Shown piece after piece: positions 1-12,551 of a stretch of DNA of 64,000 nucleotides (its first letter is position 1; every line of letters starts with the position of its first letter). The stretch comes from Lama glama (taxonomy: Eukaryota): assembly GCA_028534125.1 (NCBI GenBank), contig CM052817.1, forward strand, positions 11,100,001 through 11,164,000, given 5' to 3'. The notes beneath the pieces were generated by a model, which had not been told where the DNA came from, made no database searches, and saw only the letters and a program-made list of their open reading frames with translations. Both the position numbers and the translations under genes were made by a program.

Positions 1-305
1 TTACACCTAATTTGACACCACATAGATCCATGCAATGGTGGAACTTAAGGAGGCTCCCATTCATCCAATTATACTCTGCAAAATTTCCTGTTGCAGCAGC
101 CTCTTTCTCCCAGTTGTGATGTCAAAGATTGGACCAATAATGGATTTTGGTTTAAAAAAAATTCTAAACCTTTCCCCAAATCTCAAAATTCTTCCACTAT
201 TTTGGAGTGAAAAAACCCAAACTACTATTATTTGCTAATTTATGCCATCAAATATTTCCTACCATCTACAATTGTTAGAGTTTTGTTCTTTAACAATTTA
301 TTGCC

Positions 306-352
306 CACTTATTAGGGTGATATTGGCACTTGTTAGGGTGATATTGGCACTT
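306..352. repeat. Tandem duplication of a 21-bp unit (CACTTRTTAGGGTGATATTGG x2.2)
   Basis: Directly visible; one mismatch between copies. Confidence 0.9.
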
Positions 353-1269
353 CCAATAGTAAGTACAATTTAAATGGTACAAACAATAAATTCCACAGAA
401 GTCTACCAAAAAAAAGAAAAAAAATCTGACCTAAACAAGTAGGTCACACAAACAGAGAGATCATTACAAAGTGTTCTATGTGCTGTGCAAAGAGCTACGG
501 GAAAGACTAACCAGCATGAGGTAAGGTTTAATTTAGATTTGGAGGGAAGTTAGGATTTGATTGGGCAATAGGAAATAATCAAGATTTATCTTCATCAAAG
601 GAGTCTGAACTAAAAAGTAGGTTATCTGAATATTGGGGCCCTGCAATAGGGTCTCAAACAACGACAGACAATTATGATGACTTCTAGGTCCCAACAGGTG
701 GTGACCCTAGCAGGTCATGGGACTACGCTGTCGCAGATGGAGCCCTTCCAGAACCTGGGGCCTCATCCCTTCTCTGACGCAGGTTTACTATTTACTTTCT
801 GCTCAAATTCACTCCTACCTCTGATGTCCCCCAAACTGTGATGCTGGCAGATCTCATTAGCTGTTTCAGGAACAGTCTTTGGGATACAAGTAGTCCCAGC
901 CAGGCTTCTCGTTGACGAACTCAGTAGAACGTAAGAATAAGTGAAGTCTTGTAGAGTCGCAGTTGGTCGGTCACTTAGCCCTGTCACTCAGTCACTAAGC
1001 CATGACCTTGGTGTCCTTTCACCTGTTACGGAGCCGGGGGGAGAACTGGTCAAGGCTGGCATTTTCCCAGCCCAGGGCCAGCAAAGGGTGAAAACATAAG
1101 GGAGAAATGAGCATCCACGCCATAATTCTAAACTCTCCTCTCAATTGAACCAAAGGCAGTGTTTCTTCCCTGCAGGATTTCTCCAGGTCTTTATTAAAAT
1201 GCCTTTGTCTATTGGGAATGTCCAGGAAAGAAGTACATTATGCAATATTTTCTAATCTCATATGACTAC

Positions 1270-1657
1270 TGTGAGAGATTACAAAATTATTTGCCATGTT
1301 TCCAGTTCTCCTCCCTGAAGGAGGAACATACATTGCTACATTGATGCACTAAGAGCGTCCGTAGGCTTAACTTTCCCCACGACATGTGGAAGAAAGTTAT
1401 ACGTATTACTGCCTGTAGTCACGTCGGGGCAGAGGACTTAAAAGCCAGCTCATGGTTTCTCTTGTCTCTTCCCTCTACCAAGACAGTCATCAATATTCCA
1501 GAAACAGGCTGTTCTAGTGCCTGGGTCCTGGAAATGAGATGACACAGACTAAACCTTCAACCATTCCAACCAAACGTAGGACAAGCAAGAAATAATCAGT
1601 CATTGCAATTTAAGCCCCTGAAGTTCTATACTCATTTGTTATCAAGGCATAACTAGC
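1270..1657 (+). mobile_element. MaLR LTR (MLT1J/K-like), 3' end abutting the Charlie element
   Basis: Typical MLT1 3' end: AAATAATC...TAAGCCCCTGAAGTT...TTTGTTATCAAGGCATAACTAGCC. Confidence 0.6.
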
Positions 1658-3016
1658 CTGTGGCTCTCAAAGTGTGGTCCTCAACTCCAGGGAGTCCTCA
1701 GACTCTTTCAGAATACCCACGAGGTCAAGGCTATTTTCATAACAATACTGAGAGATTATTTGCCTTTTTCATTATGTCAACACTCACATTAATGGTGGGT
1801 TAAACAGCTGATCCTTATCACAAAGCAAATCAGTAACACCAAACTGTACTAGTATTTATTGTATTTTTCACTCCATGCACTCATAGTTTTAAAAAATGCA
1901 ACTTTCACTTCACCACTGAATGGAACAGAAAAGAACTAAATTAAATGTCATCCCTGAGTCCACATCTTCTTAATAATTCTTCGTGATGAGATAGAAAGTA
2001 AGCATGAAGTACGGAAGTCCTGCACCGTGTCATGAGGATGAGTGCGCATGGTTGTCTGAGTTGCAAGCTGAATTAGCCACTTTTTCATTAAAAAAAAATT
2101 ATTTGAAAGGATAACTGATAAACAAACTATGGTTATTCAGACTTAGTCAATTGTCCAAGATTTCCTTGCCAATGATAAACTTCAGTGAATATTAGAATTC
2201 AATTAGGATTAGAAGATTAGTATTGGAATTAATATTAGGATATTAATATTCAAGTGAATATTTGAATTTTGTTAAGCTTGGATCTGTCACTGCGATCTTG
2301 ACATTTTCTAATAAAGATTTTTTCCTGATGAGATCAGTGGTGATATTAATGAATGCGGTTTTCTGATATTATATAATGAAATATGTCATCATTTGGAAGA
2401 TCTGTATAACTCAGTGAGCCATTATTTTCCAAATGACCAATTTTGAAACTGGAAATGGATGAGTAAAAGACATGCATGGGTATAAGACACTCAAAGTACA
2501 AGAGAGATCAATACCTTTCATTTCAGATTCCATGTTGCAACTAACCTCTTGAAAACTACCACTTGTTGAATTCTGGTTTTACATAAGAGAAGAATATCCA
2601 CAATTACCTTAAATACTCCCCCTTTCCAACTACATATCTGTGACAGGCCAGATTTTCTTTATAAATTTCAAGCTAAGCAACATATCACAAGAGACTGCAG
2701 GAGCAAATACGAGAATCCAGCTGTCTTCATTAAGCCAGACATGAAAGATACTTGTACAAATGTAAATCAATACTACTCTCCTCACTAAGACTCTTGGTTT
2801 AGAAAATATAGACATTTTTCAATATGATTTAACATGTAATGGGTTTATCGTTTTAAAGGAATTAATAAATAAATGTGTTTAAATTATGTTTTACTTTCTT
2901 ATCTCCTATATGGTAAATATCAATAGATATCATGTACTTGTACAAAAGCTCTTTGGGGTTGCCAATAATTTTAAGAGTATAAAGGGGTCTTGAGAAGAAA
3001 TATTTGAGAACTATTG
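1658..3016 (+). mobile_element. hAT DNA transposon, Charlie1a-like, near full length
   Basis: Degenerate TIRs CTGTGGCTCTCAAA...TTTGAGAACTATTG; internal Charlie1 hallmarks (GAGGTCAAGGCTATTTTCATAACAATACT; GAGAATCCAGCTGTCTTCATTAAGCCAGACAT; AAAGCTCTTTGGGGTT). Confidence 0.8.
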
Positions 3017-3019
3017 GTG

Positions 3020-3680
3020 TACAGCCACAGTCAGGATCCAATGAGGAGACAGAAGCCACACAGAAACTTGAACAGAGAAGGCTTAATATAAAGCTAACTA
3101 AAAGAATTTTTCAACATAATAATGAGTAACTACTCTAAATAATGCCCTAGGGCCAAAGAAGAGTACCCAAGGAAGGACAAAATCTTGCAAGAGAGGGCCC
3201 CTCTCCGCAGATGGGATTCAGAGGAAAAGGTGTGGCTGCAGCCCACTGGATGGCCAAGAAGTTCATGGGCCTGGAGCTGGCCCACAGTCTACAGGTAAGC
3301 AGGGAACACCGCTCCAGTGCACAGAGGGGGCAGCCTGCAAGTCTGTCCGGATAGCACAAAGTCTGAGTGGACAGTGTCCACACCGGGAGGGACTGTGTGA
3401 GGTGGTCACCAGGCTGAGTGGTTGCTGTGAGCTCACTGAGTTGCTGCATGCTCTGGGGCTGGGTGCTGCTGACAAGGATGCATCAGAAGCAAGAAGAAAC
3501 AGGACCGACTGGAACCAGGAAGAGAGCATCCTGTTCTTCCTGCAATGTCTCTCCAGCGCCCTCTACTGACAAAGCTTAATATGTTCACTGCAGAGGAGGC
3601 TGCCTTAAAAGCCCACGATGGAGCTAGCTGAGCTCAAGGTGAACTTGGAACTGAGAGGCAGTACATTGCTAGCTAGCACA
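3020..3680 (-). mobile_element. ERVL-type solo LTR (LTR41-like) carrying a CTCF-like motif
   Basis: AGTCAGGATCCAATGAGGAGACAGAAGCCACACAG at one end and CCAGCGCCCTCTACTGACAAAGCTTAAT...GCTAGCACA at the other resemble recalled LTR41-family consensus. Confidence 0.5.
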
Positions 3681-5324
3681 CGGACGTAAAACACACCACA
3701 TAACCCTTGTTTATTACGTCTATTTGTATTTCCAAAAACAATATTCTGGGATCCACGATTTAAGAAACACTGATCTTGGGGGAAGTAAGAGCTGAGTTCA
3801 TTGAAACATCTTAAGTTTGGTAGAAATCAGCGTTTCTGAGCCAAAAGTGGATTTGGGGCAGGTCAATAGTAAACAATGGTGATTTTATTTATTTTTAGTC
3901 TCTGGAAAAGGAAATAACACAATTCCAGAAAGTGAAAACACGTTTGTAAGGTTATGAATCCCTTTTATTGCATCTAGAACAGTGCTATGCACAGAATGGG
4001 TGCTTGAATTGCTGTGGGTAAAAAAAAATATTAGCTGGTAAATTTCATGCTGATTTTCAAGGCTAGCTTAAGTATAAAATCTTTTTTAAAACACTTGAAA
4101 AGTTAAAGAATTTGTTTTATATTATGACAGTATTGAAGAAAAAAAAAAAGAAGCACTGATCGTAGTAAATCGTAGATTTGTTCCGAGTCTCCGCTCTGCC
4201 TTGTCCACACTTGCTGTTGAATTTCAAAATTCGCATGTCAACAACCACATCTGGAAAACACACTCTGCTTAGGAAGGCTGCCAAGGGCCCACAACTGGGT
4301 GTGTATATGTGTGGGTTAAATTCTATAGCAAGATTGTTTTAGCGCAGGAAGCAAAAAAAAAGATTTGATGAGTCATTAATAAGGGCAACTTAGCAAAATA
4401 CATCAACAAGTTTTTGCATTCAGTGACAATGTTATGACTAGTTTTCCCACTAGCCCAGATCTCTGGTTACAGGGACTTTGAAAATGCCCAAATTATACAT
4501 CTAAACTGGTGTTTCCACAGCATAGACATAAAATCTGAAAGGCTAGAGGTACAACACTGGCTGTTTTTCATTTCTCACAGAAAAGTGTCAAGGTCTTTCT
4601 TGCCCTTCAAGCGCTCGCTCAAACACATAGTCTTCCCACAATCCCCATCCCCTCTCCACCCACCCATGAATCTCTCTCTCTCCTCCGGACCCCAGCTTTT
4701 TGTTCTTTATGCTTCCACTGAAGCACTCCCCTAGGCTAACTTGTTTTGCAGCTACTTCTGTCTATGCCTTTCTCTCCCACTGCATGGTGAGCTCCTCCGG
4801 GGGGGCTCCATGCCTCATTTATCTCTGCATCCCAGAGCCAGATACATGACTTGAGGGGGTAAGCCCCCCTCTCCGTACAGGCTGAGCCAGATCTGTTCAC
4901 TTCAGGTGAAGGAAGAAGGGTAGTCTTATGTCTCCTGATTATCATTCTCAGCTTGCAAAGGAGCTCGGCCACGGACAGGCACTCAGCTGCTTTCCGCTGT
5001 GAGCGATCTTCAAGGCATTTTGAACACAGTGGTGTTCAAGGGGATTCTTTTGAGCTAGGCAAAGAGTGCAGAATTCATTTGAGAACTCTGGAATTGAGAA
5101 AGTTTATAAGCTAATTCAAAACCCAGAAAAACAATCGAGCACTACTTCTTGGAGTCATCTGCCACAGCTTGTCTGAGTCATTGCTTGAATCTTTCTCACC
5201 TCCCACCTCAAGCCTTAATCTCCCATAAGGTAAGACAGGACCATTTGTCTGGCAGAATCTTAAGATATTTTGTTGGTAGCACAGAATGCTCCCCATCCCA
5301 TTTGAAACCTTCCTAAAAAGTCTC

Positions 5325-5700
5325 TCCTGGTAGGGATCAACTAGATTATGAAACAGTAACAAATACCAATACATTTCAGTGGTTTAAGGCCTTGATAGTT
5401 TACTTGTCACTTTTGCAAAGTCCACTGTGGGTCTGGGCAACTCTCCAGGGCAGCTGTGACGAATGCATTAGTCAAGGATACAGGTGACCCACCTGGTACC
5501 TCTGACATCTCGAGACAAGGTGAAGAAGGGAACGTGTGGAGATTTCACACCTGCATGTCCTTTGCTTTGACTCAGTAGTGATACGTGCTGTATCAGCCAC
5601 ACCCCGTTGGTCCAAACTAGACACGTACCCCCCCTAAAAAGTAAGGAGGCTGGGACGTGCTGCCCTCCTGGGACGTGTGGACCCAGGAAGGAGAGGAGAA
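5325..5700 (-). mobile_element. Old MaLR LTR fragment (MLT1K/L-like)
   Basis: AGATTATGAAACAGTAACAAAT...TTTCAGTGGTTTAA...GGGCAACTCTCCAGGGCAGCTG pattern. Confidence 0.45.
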
Positions 5701-8700
5701 CAGTTATCAGGGGACTCTTGTGCTACCGACTTCCAAGGCTTTCACATGGACTTTGTAAGTTAGAAATGTGCGCGTGCCCTTCCCATTAAGCCTGTTCCCC
5801 TTGTAAGGCGGCACCGCAAACCTCCTCACACATCTGGCAGAGGGGAGTCCGGTTGTGAGCAGCAGCTTGCTTCTCCCACCTCTGCCTTCTGTCCTTAGAC
5901 ACACCTAAGCAGCCAGGGAGGTGTCTTCAGCATCCCTGAAGCAGACATCTCACCTGCGCAGAGCAGAAGGGGGAAGTGCCTCCTCCCTCCCTTTCTCATC
6001 CATAATCTTACCTACCTGGGTGCATGTTCGAGTAACAGACAGGTTCTAACTGGCTGGGTACGTGAAAACAAAGCAATGAGGCAAATAACTGGCCATTCCA
6101 GGACTTCTGGCCTTGAAGGGTCCCCTGACCAGGAAAGGAAGAAAGAGCAAAGTTTGAAAGGTTTCTGCCCTCTTTCCAATGTCAATAACTAATTTTACTT
6201 TCCTGTTATATCCCATTGTGGTTATTAATATCATAATTCAACACTTCCAACAAAGTTCATTAAATACTTGCAATATATCTAACTGCAGAAAATGGGGACC
6301 CAGGCAATTTTTTTGAACAATTATGATGTTCCAAGTTTCACACTATATGCTCTTTGCTAATAATAAATCATTTTTATTCTTTTCACAACCTTTTGAGGTT
6401 GTCACAATTGTTCCCTTTTTATAGCCAAATAAACTGAGGTTCCAAGAATTAAGTTGTTTGCCCCAGGTCATGGCCGGTAATAGTGGGAAAGTGGGGATCT
6501 CATCCTACATCTGTCTGGCTCATAATAAGGGAATCCCACACACCGACTCTAAATTAATTAGCACTTAGAGGTTACTGGCTTACAGTCTGATTTTTTTAGA
6601 CTTTATATACTCCAAGAGTGTAATCAAGAGATCATTCATTCACTGCAATAATGTCAGTTCTATTTGAAATTTGAACGACTGTTAATCATCTCTTTTGTGT
6701 ACTATTCATTATGTCGTGGTGGTCTTTTCAACTGCATTAACTTCCCTTTCTCTCAAATAACTCATTGGACAGAATGCGGTTTTATTACATGGTCCAGAGA
6801 AGCCACATAACTCCTGTCCCGGGATTGAATGAACTAATGCTCATCTAACAAAGTGCCCATAACAAAGCAGCCGTTTACTAAAAAAAAAAAAAAAAAAGAT
6901 CAACTACTATGTTGCTAGACAAACGTGTAGAACATTGGATCCTTATCTCATATGATGAGCGAAAATCTGAAAAATAAAATGCTGTTACTCTGGTACAAGT
7001 GTAAACACCATCAGCCTGGCAGGGCAGAGGCGGAGACGGAGATCATCACACATGTGTCTAAAGGAGCAAATCTTTAGCTTCCCACGTGTACTCATGGGCT
7101 TAACACAAGCAGTGGTGGTGGGGGAGGTGGTTATGATGGGAGAGCAAAAACAAACGCGAAGCTAGAAACATCATGAAATGTTGGAAATGGACTGCCAAAG
7201 TTGCAATTAAAAGACAAGATGTAAATAGAGGTGTATTTAAATATATGACAGCGTTTGGGGACTCTTGGAGAACACACTCTTCCTTATACTAGGTAAGCCT
7301 AATGTTTAGACCTTCTTACATTTGATTTTATACACGTTTTCAGAAGCCATTGTACACAGACTTGGGATAATGCCAGTCTGTAATTTTGCGCTGTGTCCCA
7401 GCATCCAAAGCAATGCCTGGCACCCAGCAGGCTCTCAGCACGTATTTGATGAATAAATAAGTGGCCAGATCTACATAGGAGAATATACGTGGCAGCAAGG
7501 AAAAAAATATTTCAAAAGCTGAAGCTGAACTCTTCTTAGGGAAAGAATTGCCTTTTTTGGATGATACATTGATGGGATTTTTATTTCTAGCAGGATGGTA
7601 GATCAGATATTTTGAACTACCTTTCCAATGAAGATTCACTAACATACTAAAAGAAATTTTTTTAAGTATCTTTAAAATGCATCAGTAAGTGATCTGGGAC
7701 AGATGTAAGGAGTGTTGAGAAACTAAAACAAACAAGACAAAAGCAGGAAGTAATGGGGCCCTAAAACTGACTTTCCCTAAAGTTTGCAGCTGCACCTTAC
7801 AGACCTTGAACTTTCCTGGGTGGTGGGCTGGAAAGATGGAATGGGAGACAGAAACCAGCGAATCTGCTCAAGGGGGCCACTTCTTATTATTTTTACCTCC
7901 TTTATAAGGTTGACTTCCAAGTCCTACTATTTGTTTTCCCTACACATAAAGCCGGTGCTACAAAGGGCTGTAACTCACTTATGCAGAACGAGAAATGAAT
8001 GTGTTGTTCAGGAGAGTATCTGAATGGGCGGGGAGAGCGGGTGGGTGCGAGGAGGTCTTAGAATGAGACCCAGGCTCTGTGACTCCTCTTCCCATTGGGC
8101 AGTGAAGCCTCCCTGCTGTCAGACGTTTCATCCAGAACACCTCCAGGCTCCAAGTTCACATGAGCCTTCTTCCCAACTCAGTCTTAGCTCAGGGATTGAA
8201 AGTGGAGCAGTGCGTTCATCCCAAGGCAACAACTCACCTTTCTTTACTGGATGAACACTTTCTTTCCTTCGCTTAGTCATAAATACAGAAAATGGTCACC
8301 TGCTCAAGATTGTCTCTACAGAAACCTGCTGCCCTTGATTTTGGTGTGATCTGGTGGGAACAGCACGTGGCTTGGGGAAGCCGCTCAGGAGTGGCTGTGA
8401 GTGGTCCTTAAGACATCACACATGCATTTGCCGTCGTGTTCAGGGTGTGTTGAAAACTCAGCCCCAGGTTTGGCAGACGCGTAATAGTATTGGAGAAATT
8501 ACACCCCTTTATAATCAGACTTCGTATTCTGTTGAAGTCTCCCAGGGATCAGGGGTGTGATTAAAGCTTCTGCCAAAATAACCCACTTGCTATACACAGT
8601 AGAGGATGACACTGATATGTCAGTGGGTGTCTGAGAGGGAACACAAGGGAGAGGAAATATATTTTCAAGAGGTGCTGGGACAAAGAACAGAGCTTTCAAC

Positions 8701-11410
8701 TTAGTTAGAGTCTATGGAAATCTGCCACGTGTGGGCCGCAGGACAGGGCGGGGCCTGGTCATCAAAAAACAAACAAACCAAGACCAGATAACACCTGGAT
8801 GCACGTACTTCATTCTAGTGCATAATCAGGGTTTCCAACACTCCAGTTCCCGGTTTTGAAAATTCTCCTATTGAAATACAGCCTACACACAGAAAATCCC
8901 ATGAGTGCACTGATCAATCCATTTGTACAAGGTGAACACTTTTAAGTAACCCCTACCTGGATCAAGAAATAGGATATTACCGAAATTTAATGCTGCCTTG
9001 GTTGTTCTCAGATGCCTTCAATGAGCCGTTTTTGTCATTTTTCTAACTTGGATGTTTTTGTCATTAGCAGGGTTAGTCTATTACCAACTGGCTTCTTCCT
9101 CATCCTTAAGCAGAAGTTTATTAAATACTACTGAGTTCTCACAAAACGCTGCGAGGTGGCATTCTTGTCCTAATTTTCAAGTTTAGGATATTGAGTTTCA
9201 GAGACACACACTTTGCACACGAGCACCAGCTGGTAAGTATCGGAGCTAAGGTTTCAACACCGGGATTGTCTCAGAGCATGTGTGCTTAACCAGGGTACTA
9301 CACTGCTGTTCAAATAGGAGCTTGCAGTCTTTAAGATACATTATAACATTATAGGTAAATTTGGATATCGACTCCTTTCTATATCATATATACGTATACA
9401 TTGTATATAGATGAATTATACAACGTATGTTGCCTCATTTAACCATTGCAATGTATTCTCTCATTTAAGCATTGTAACAATCCTAGGAGGTAGAAATTAT
9501 TCTTCACATATTACAGATGTTAAGACTTTCCTAAGCGTATAGCCTGACTCTTGAGCCCTAGGCCTAGGCCCTCCCACTTCTCTGTCAGTCACCCGTCCCT
9601 CACCCAGGCCACCCTTGCAGTCAATGGATGTCTGTGGAATAAAAGAACAAATGATGTCAACACTCACTTGTGAGTCAAGCTGATAGTAAAAGAGGACCAT
9701 GCTGCTGTTCTGAGATCATTCCCAGACACAGAATGGTGTCTAAACAGATGTGCTTAATGCCAACCCCAGGGAGAAGAGACACAAGCCCATGACTGAATTG
9801 CCTCCTCTGTATCGTCTAGGATGGATGTGACCTATTTCTCTTGAAGCAACCCTCCTCGCACTGGTCCAGTCGAAGTCATTCTTTAATCTAAGACGGGAAG
9901 CATTAGGAGAAAGGAAACTAGCAGTTCCTGAGGACTGGCTGTGTGTAGACAGGGCTCTATCAATATAGTTCATCGTTTCATCCCCACAAAGAACCTGTGA
10001 GGTAGATGCTACTGCTCGCATTTTACAGGCAAGGAACCTGGGAACCACAGGGGCGAGGTCACGTGTCTGAGTTCTCATCAATAGAAACTGAAGGATTTGG
10101 GATTTGGACTCTGCCATCCACTTCAGAGTCACATTCGGTTGTCAGTCTTCCCCACTGTCCTGGAACCTAGGATCCCCAAAGGCAGTGACTGTCTTGTATC
10201 ACCAGGACACTACACAGGCCGGCACACAAGGGGACTGATCAGGAACCAGTAATAAACCTCGGACATCCAGTGTCGCCGTCCAGCCTCCTCCCTCACAGCT
10301 CTGGGCATGTGAAACTCCACCTGTATTTACTTCCCAGTCTAAGATGACCCTTGATTAGTTTGTCCTCTTAATAAGCACATATTCTCTTAAAACTCAATGT
10401 TCTCCTTCATATTTTATTCTTCTGCCCCTCGGGAAAGGGCTCTCCTTTCCTTGCTCAGATAGTGGCTTAGGGAAATTGCACACAGAAAAAGTGAGCTGCT
10501 TGTCCACTAAACTGCCAACGAGAAACATGATCTACATTTGGAATTCACAGCACAGGAAAACGTCCAGCCTGCTTACAAAGCATCGGCAGGGGCTCAAAGA
10601 AAACCAGATACAACATAAGCCTTTTCTGGTACTAAACGATGCTCTCATTTACATGCTCACTATACTAATTCTCTTTGTTTCAACCTCAACTAAAGTCAAG
10701 GAAGGTTTCTTGGGCAGTGTTAATTCACATGTATTAGACAACCTCAAAATGACAAAATGCTCTAATTCCATCTGTTGATAAAAGCCAATTTGACACCCAC
10801 ACTAAGCTGTTATTTTTCAAATAACAATGGTAACATTTAATTAGAATTGAACTTAGCTGCTTGTGTTCACTTCACAGTGTACGGTACACTGGTGGTTCCC
10901 TGAGTAAAGGAAAGATGGATATCCAGTGTGAACGCTGCATTTTAAAAAGAGCTGCGCACTAGTCGTGTCTAATGATGCATAACATTCTGCCATTAATTGC
11001 TAGTATTTCAAGCGGCTTGAGGGCCAGCTGGTCTTCAGGCCTTCCTGTCATGATCGCAGGTCAGGTTGAATCTTTGCCGGGCTATCACAATTGCTTTGTA
11101 AAGATTACTTCTTGAGAGAGAGCCTTCAGAAGCCCTCCCAAGTGACTGATTGTATTTTAATTAAAATATAATAATATAAGAAAGCATCTAGCGTCATGCC
11201 TGGCACGTAGTAGGTACTTAGTGAGTGGTAGCCTTTGTAAATGTTTCATCAGTACTTCAATCATTACCATCATAATCCCTGAGGAAGCTGGTGTCACAGC
11301 TGTCAGCATCCTCTAACGAGGCAGCTGGGATGTAAGACAGTGTTTCCCAAACTTCAGCCATTCGAATAAGACCTTCATGAGTTCACCACATGTTTACACC
11401 ACATCTACTC

Positions 11411-12033
11411 TGTGACGGAATAATGGTCCCCCAAAGATGGTTTGTCCTAGTCCCAGCACCTGTGACAGTGCTACCTCACATGGCAAAAGGGATTTTGCAG
11501 ATATAATTAAGTTAAGGATCTGGAAATTAAGAAATTATCCTTTATTATTTGGGTGAGCCTGATGTAAGTACAAGTTACCTTATAGGAGGGAGGCCAGGAG
11601 GTCAAAGTCAGAAAAAGGAGATGGGACGACAGAAGCAGAGGTTGGGGCTTCAAGCCAAGGAGGGCAACTTTAAAACCTGGAAAAGGCAAGGAAACAAATT
11701 ACACCCTTCACAAAAATCAACTCAAAATGGATCACAGACCAAAACGTAAAATGCAAAACTATAAAAACTCCCAGCAGAGGAGAAAATCTAGATGACGTTG
11801 GAGATGGTGACGCCTTTTAAGATACAACACCAAAGTGACTATTCATGAAAAGAATAATTGATCATCTAAATTTCTAGGGGATGCTGTACCCTAGAGCCTC
11901 CAGAAGGAGTGCAGCCCTGCTGATACCTTAATTTTAGGATTTCTGACTCCAAAACTGGAAATTAATAAATTGGGATTGCTCTCAGTCACTAAGCTTGTGA
12001 TAATCTGGTAGAGCAGCTATAAGAAACTGATAT
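11411..12033 (+). mobile_element. MLT1D-like MaLR LTR interrupted by an L1 fragment (about 11697-11874)
   Basis: TGTGACGGAATAATGGTCCCCCAAAGAT...GGAAAAGGCAAGGAAAC [insert] CCCTAGAGCCTCCAGAAGGAGTGCAGCCCTGCTGA...GCAGCTATAAGAAACTGATA. Confidence 0.8.
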
Positions 12034-12067
12034 TTTATGTAATATTTTCTTTCTGTAATGTATCTTT

Positions 12068-12551
12068 AAAGACTATTTTTTCAGAGCAGTGTTAGGCTTA
12101 CAATAAAATTGGAAGGAAGGTACAGAGACTTGTCACATGCCCGGCCCCCACACGGGCACAGCCTCCCCTGTTAGCAATGTCAATCACCAGAGTTGTACTT
12201 TTTTTAATAAAGGATGAGCCTGCAGTAACACATCATAATCACTCAAAGTCCATAGTTTACCCAAGGGTTCTGTGGGGCTGGACAAATGTACAGTGACATG
12301 AATTCATCATTATAATATGCTGCAGAGTATTTTCATTGCCCTTAACATCCTCTGTGCTCTGCCCATCCATCTCCGCCTCTCCCCTCTCTTTGTTGTTTCA
12401 ATTTGCATTTCCCTGATGACACAGGACACAGAGCATCTTTTCATATGCTGATTCGCCATCTTTATGTCTTCTTTGATGAGGGGCCTGTTGAGGTCTTTGG
12501 TCCCTTTTTTAATTGGATGATTGTTTTCTTATTGTTGAGTGTTAAGAGTTC
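12068..12551 (-). mobile_element. L1MC1-like LINE-1 3' end with an internal deletion
   Basis: GAGCAGTGTTAGGCTTACAATAAAATTGGAAGGAAGGTACAGAGA...CATCATAATCACTCAAAGTCCATAGTTTAC matches the recalled L1MC1 3' terminus in antisense. Confidence 0.7.
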
